A program made the translations under genes and the position numbers. From contig JBHLJY010000006.1 of NCBI GenBank assembly GCA_048887225.1, positions 32,001-96,000 on the forward strand: a stretch of 64,000 bases of DNA, given 5' to 3'. This stretch comes from Candidatus Hodarchaeota archaeon (lineage in GTDB: Archaea; Asgardarchaeota; Lokiarchaeia; Sigyniarchaeales; SOKP01). Positions 60,394 to 64,000 of this stretch are shown piece after piece (the stretch's first letter is position 1; every line of letters starts with the position of its first letter). Under the pieces are notes generated by a model. It made no database searches and was not told where the DNA came from. It was given only the letters and a program-made list of their open reading frames with translations.

Positions 60394-61419
60394 TTATTCT
60401 TTTAAACTCGAGCCACAGCTGGTACAAAAATTATCATCAGCTTTAACCGGCTTTCCACACGTAGGGCAAAATTTTACACTTAGGGGAGGTACGACAGGTG
60501 GTTTAGCTATGGCTGGTTTTGGAATTTCAGGTTTTTTTGCTAATATTAGGAGGGTCACTAGAATAACAATACTTGCAATAGCTATGATACTTAAAAATAT
60601 CCACCACCAATTATAATAAAGAAAAGCTCCTTCTAATACTATTTCAGCGATTGTATCTCCATCATATGTCCATACATAATACAGAAGAATTCCATCACGA
60701 GTGTATATTGATTTAGATTCATGTTCCTCGCACTTCTTAGTGAATTTTGGTTCCCACTTAGTTGAGATACCACATTCTTCTTCTGTGAAAAAGAATATTC
60801 TTTTTTCCTCATTAGCTCCACCTTCTTCATTATCATCTTCAAGTTCATCTTCAAATCCATCAGCTAAATCATCCCAATCTGTATTTGCACTTACAAAACA
60901 TTTGAAAAGACCATATGAAAAAGCCATATGATCTGAATAATAATCTTCGTCAAATTTTGGAATTATTGCCCTTTTGTTATGATCTTCTCTATCCCAATCT
61001 TTCTCATCCCAATTTTCGGTTTCGTAAAAATTGTATAAATATGGCACACAATTGATTTCATCACTATCGTAATCAAATACTTTTTCGTCTCTAATTTCTA
61101 AAATATATATTTTCCATCCTTCAACATCTTCGTCCCATTCGGATTGATCAAACCACCAATCAGTAAAATTTTCTGCGTATGCTTCCGAATAACCAAGATC
61201 TTCAATATAATCTTGAAAAGGATCCTTGTCGAATTTTGTGGTCCAAATATAGGTTTGTCCCTCATTAATTCCACAATAGTATGGTTTATAATAAGCTAAA
61301 GCATAATTTATTAGCGGTAGTAAACATATTGTAGTTAGTGAGATAAACAGCATAAATTTTGAACTTTTAATAGTTACACACCCATAATTTTTTATTGGAT
61401 TCATTTTTTTAATGGACAT
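60394..61419 (-). CDS. Membrane protein: acidic extracellular domain, TM, Pro-rich linker, C-terminal zinc ribbon
   Basis: Signal/TM; D/E/W-rich domain; TM; CPTCG...CTSCG. Confidence 0.8.
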   Translation of the reverse strand: MSIKKMNPIKNYGCVTIKSSKFMLFISLTTICLLPLINYALAYYKPYYCGINEGQTYIWTTKFDKDPFQDYIEDLGYSEAYAENFTDWWFDQSEWDEDVEGWKIYILEIRDEKVFDYDSDEINCVPYLYNFYETENWDEKDWDREDHNKRAIIPKFDEDYYSDHMAFSYGLFKCFVSANTDWDDLADGFEDELEDDNEEGGANEEKRIFFFTEEECGISTKWEPKFTKKCEEHESKSIYTRDGILLYYVWTYDGDTIAEIVLEGAFLYYNWWWIFLSIIAIASIVILVTLLILAKKPEIPKPAIAKPPVVPPLSVKFCPTCGKPVKADDNFCTSCGSSLKE

Positions 61420-61604
61420 TTTAAATTTATGATGTAAGAGTATTTATACATTATTGTCTCTAATAAGAGAATTACGGTTAAAAATCGCTTTTAATACTTC
61501 AAAAAAGCCAAATTTCAATTAATAATTTTTAAATAGTGAAAGTATATAAATGTAAAATATAGGTGAATTTTAAATAATGAATTATAGTAGAGGTAGAACT
61601 AATA

Positions 61605-62690
61605 ATGCCTATTTTGAATAGATCAAAAATACGACCAGATGTGCTCAAACTCTACGATGATGTTTTTAAGGAGCAAATGAATGGTGTCATTGAATTTATA
61701 AGTAGAGAAGAGAATAAAGAATTTAATTTCCAGACTATCTATAAAAAAGTCATGGATGCAAATGAACTTTTTTTTAAAAGAGAGAAGAGCGTCGAGGAAC
61801 TAAATAATATATTGACGAAAAAAGAAAGACTCTTTATGGTAAAATTGCTTCGATATGCATTCGAGTATGGTGAAACTTTAGCACAAAAAAAATCCCCTAT
61901 ACCTGATGATGTAAAAATAGAGAAAATTATTGTCAATGGTATTCCTGCTGAGTGGCAAATCGTACCTGGGGCTGAAAAGAGCAGAGTCTTATTATACTTC
62001 CATGGAGGGGGCTGGATTATGGGGTCTCCCAATACCTGCCGATTACTTACAATTGAACTGGCCAACGCAACTAAAATGCATGTTTTAAGCGTTGATTACA
62101 GGCTTGCACCTGAGCATCCATTCCCTGCAGCAGTGGAAGATTGTGTTGCTGTATACAAATGGTTGTTATCGAATGATATAAACCCCGAGGATATAATAAT
62201 TTCAGGAGATTCTGCAGGGGGAAATTTAACACTCGCAACACTTATAAAATTACGAGATGATGGAATTCCTTTACCTGCTGGAGCAATACCAATCTCACCA
62301 GCCACAGATCTTTCATTTGTAGATGATATTTCAAGCCTTGATGATTTATTTATTAAAAACGGTGAAACCGATCCAATTTTAGCCGATCTCGGAATTTATT
62401 GGTGGTCCTATATTTATATAGCAGGAGCAAATTCTCGAGATCCGTTGATCTCTCCTGTATTTGGGGATTTAACAAGATTACCACCGATATTAATCCAAGC
62501 AAGTTCATGTGAAATGCTTTATAGTGAGATTAAACGTTTTTTTGAAAAAGCTAAAGAAGCAGGAGTTGATGTTGAACTACAAACTTGGGATGATATGGTT
62601 CATGTATTTCAAGGATTCGGACTGCACATACTTCCTGAAGCAGAGGAAGCAATAAAAAAAATTAGCCAATTTGTCCAAAAATTAATTTAA
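61605..62690 (+). CDS. Hormone-sensitive lipase family (family IV) esterase
   Basis: HGGG, DYRLAPEHPFPAA, GDSAGG, HVF. Confidence 0.93.
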   Translation: MPILNRSKIRPDVLKLYDDVFKEQMNGVIEFISREENKEFNFQTIYKKVMDANELFFKREKSVEELNNILTKKERLFMVKLLRYAFEYGETLAQKKSPIPDDVKIEKIIVNGIPAEWQIVPGAEKSRVLLYFHGGGWIMGSPNTCRLLTIELANATKMHVLSVDYRLAPEHPFPAAVEDCVAVYKWLLSNDINPEDIIISGDSAGGNLTLATLIKLRDDGIPLPAGAIPISPATDLSFVDDISSLDDLFIKNGETDPILADLGIYWWSYIYIAGANSRDPLISPVFGDLTRLPPILIQASSCEMLYSEIKRFFEKAKEAGVDVELQTWDDMVHVFQGFGLHILPEAEEAIKKISQFVQKLI

Positions 62691-62812
62691 TAGTAAATCA
62701 GGTGAAGAAATTTTACAATATCTTGAACTAAATAGATAATTTCTTGAGTTTCTTTCTAAGATATAAGATTCTCTAAGTTTACTTAATCAAAAATGCCAAA
62801 TTTCAAACGATT

Positions 62813-63904
62813 TTATTGTATTACTTTGTCGGTTCCTTTGAAATAGCTAAATACTTTATTAGTAAATAGATCTAATGCATCAAAATAATTTCCGAGACCA
62901 AAAAGCTCTATAATAAAGTATTCAGCACCAGCATCAGTATATTCGCATATTTGTTCTATAACTTCATCTGAAGAACCAGCAATTATTACCGCTTCTATAA
63001 TATCTTCAGGGATATTCTCCAAAGCATAATCTCTTAATTTGTCCGTATATTTTAACAGTTCTGTCATAGGTAACTTAAAGACTTGTTGCGAGTTTAATTC
63101 TTCTGATATTGTAATATTATAATCGTCTAATAATTCAGGATTAAGGCATATTGAAGCACCAACAGTGCGCCCTACTTCATGTGCTTTGTCTGGATTTTCG
63201 TCACTAATAAAAACAAAAATTTCACAAGCTTTTACGATCTCATCGATTCTACCTGCTTTTCTTAACTGAGTAAGGTGTTTTTTGTATAGTTTTGGACTAT
63301 AATTTATAGGTATCCAACCATCAGCATGTTTTCCAGCAAACTCAATCATTTTCGGACCATTAGCGGCGATCCATAATTTTGGTAATACTTTTGTTGGATA
63401 CTGTAATCTCGCATTCTTTAAATTATAGAATTCTCCTGAGTAATTTACAGTTAATTTTCGTGATTGAGAAGTTTTCCACAATAATTTTATCACTTCTATA
63501 GCTTCTTTCAATCTTTTGACAGGTTTATTCCATTGAACTCCAAAATCAGTTAAATTCATCCCCTCCCCTGTGCCAATTCCTAAAATAAACCGATTCTCTG
63601 TGATCCTCTGCATTGTGAGAGAATCTAATGCGATTTGAGCCGGATGCTTTCTATGAGGATCGGTTACACTAGAACCTATTTCAATATTTTTAGTTTCTGC
63701 GGCAGCCCAACCTAATAATACATTACAACTAGGGATTTCCGCTCTTGGGGGAGTATGGTTTAAATGGTCCATAATAAAAACTGAATCATACCCAACGCTC
63801 TCGGCATATTTAATGGATTTCAAATAGGTGTCGGTTTTCATAAGTATAAAGGAGCTATTCGTTCCATGTTCTATTCCAAATTTTACATCCAATTTTCTCA
63901 CCAT
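62813..63904 (-). CDS. LLM-class (likely F420-dependent) oxidoreductase
   Basis: AESVGYDSVFIMDH, HPAQIA, RFILGIGTG, GPKM...AG..ADGW. Confidence 0.88.
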   Translation of the reverse strand: MVRKLDVKFGIEHGTNSSFILMKTDTYLKSIKYAESVGYDSVFIMDHLNHTPPRAEIPSCNVLLGWAAAETKNIEIGSSVTDPHRKHPAQIALDSLTMQRITENRFILGIGTGEGMNLTDFGVQWNKPVKRLKEAIEVIKLLWKTSQSRKLTVNYSGEFYNLKNARLQYPTKVLPKLWIAANGPKMIEFAGKHADGWIPINYSPKLYKKHLTQLRKAGRIDEIVKACEIFVFISDENPDKAHEVGRTVGASICLNPELLDDYNITISEELNSQQVFKLPMTELLKYTDKLRDYALENIPEDIIEAVIIAGSSDEVIEQICEYTDAGAEYFIIELFGLGNYFDALDLFTNKVFSYFKGTDKVIQ

Positions 63905-64000
63905 TAATAGAAAATTTTCAAATTGGTTTCTATATTGATTACTAATTGTTTGATTTATATTTTTTATTAGATATTTTAAACTTATAACGTAAGAGTATTT

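Noticed and set aside
3053-62305. Many short ORFs of 60-130 aa overlapping longer genes, mostly antisense (e.g. 3053-3415, 11570-11872, 44303-44689, 61739-62065)
   Set aside because: They are shadows of well-supported genes and have no motifs of their own.

Overview
AT-rich archaeal DNA whose gene content points to an Asgard archaeon of the Lokiarchaeia type (inference): a Rag-like GTPase with a roadblock tail, a presenilin-type protease, H4MPT C1 enzymes (mch, mtd, ftr), a RecJ/Cdc45-like DHH protein and archaeal-type GlyRS. The left half (1-33.8 kb) holds housekeeping, membrane and TPR genes. The right half (32.5-64 kb) is a lipid/acyl-CoA catabolism island. It has four cassettes of non-canonical thiolase-fold proteins with DUF35 partners, plus BKACE, ADH, AOR, a RetSat/CrtI-like reductase with a ferredoxin reductase, a B12 acyl-CoA mutase with a non-canonical active site, a crotonase, SCP2 and esterases. 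Main finding: the thiolase-fold gene at 58835..60191 (-), which the ORF track shows as broken, is interrupted by three short inserts (29, 34 and 34 nt). Each lies between codons, carries an in-frame stop and folds with its exon ends into an archaeal bulge-helix-bulge (BHB) splice motif. Removing them gives one continuous 419-aa protein, i.e. a candidate multi-intron mRNA in an Asgard archaeon. I recognised no rRNA, tRNA, CRISPR array or transposase.
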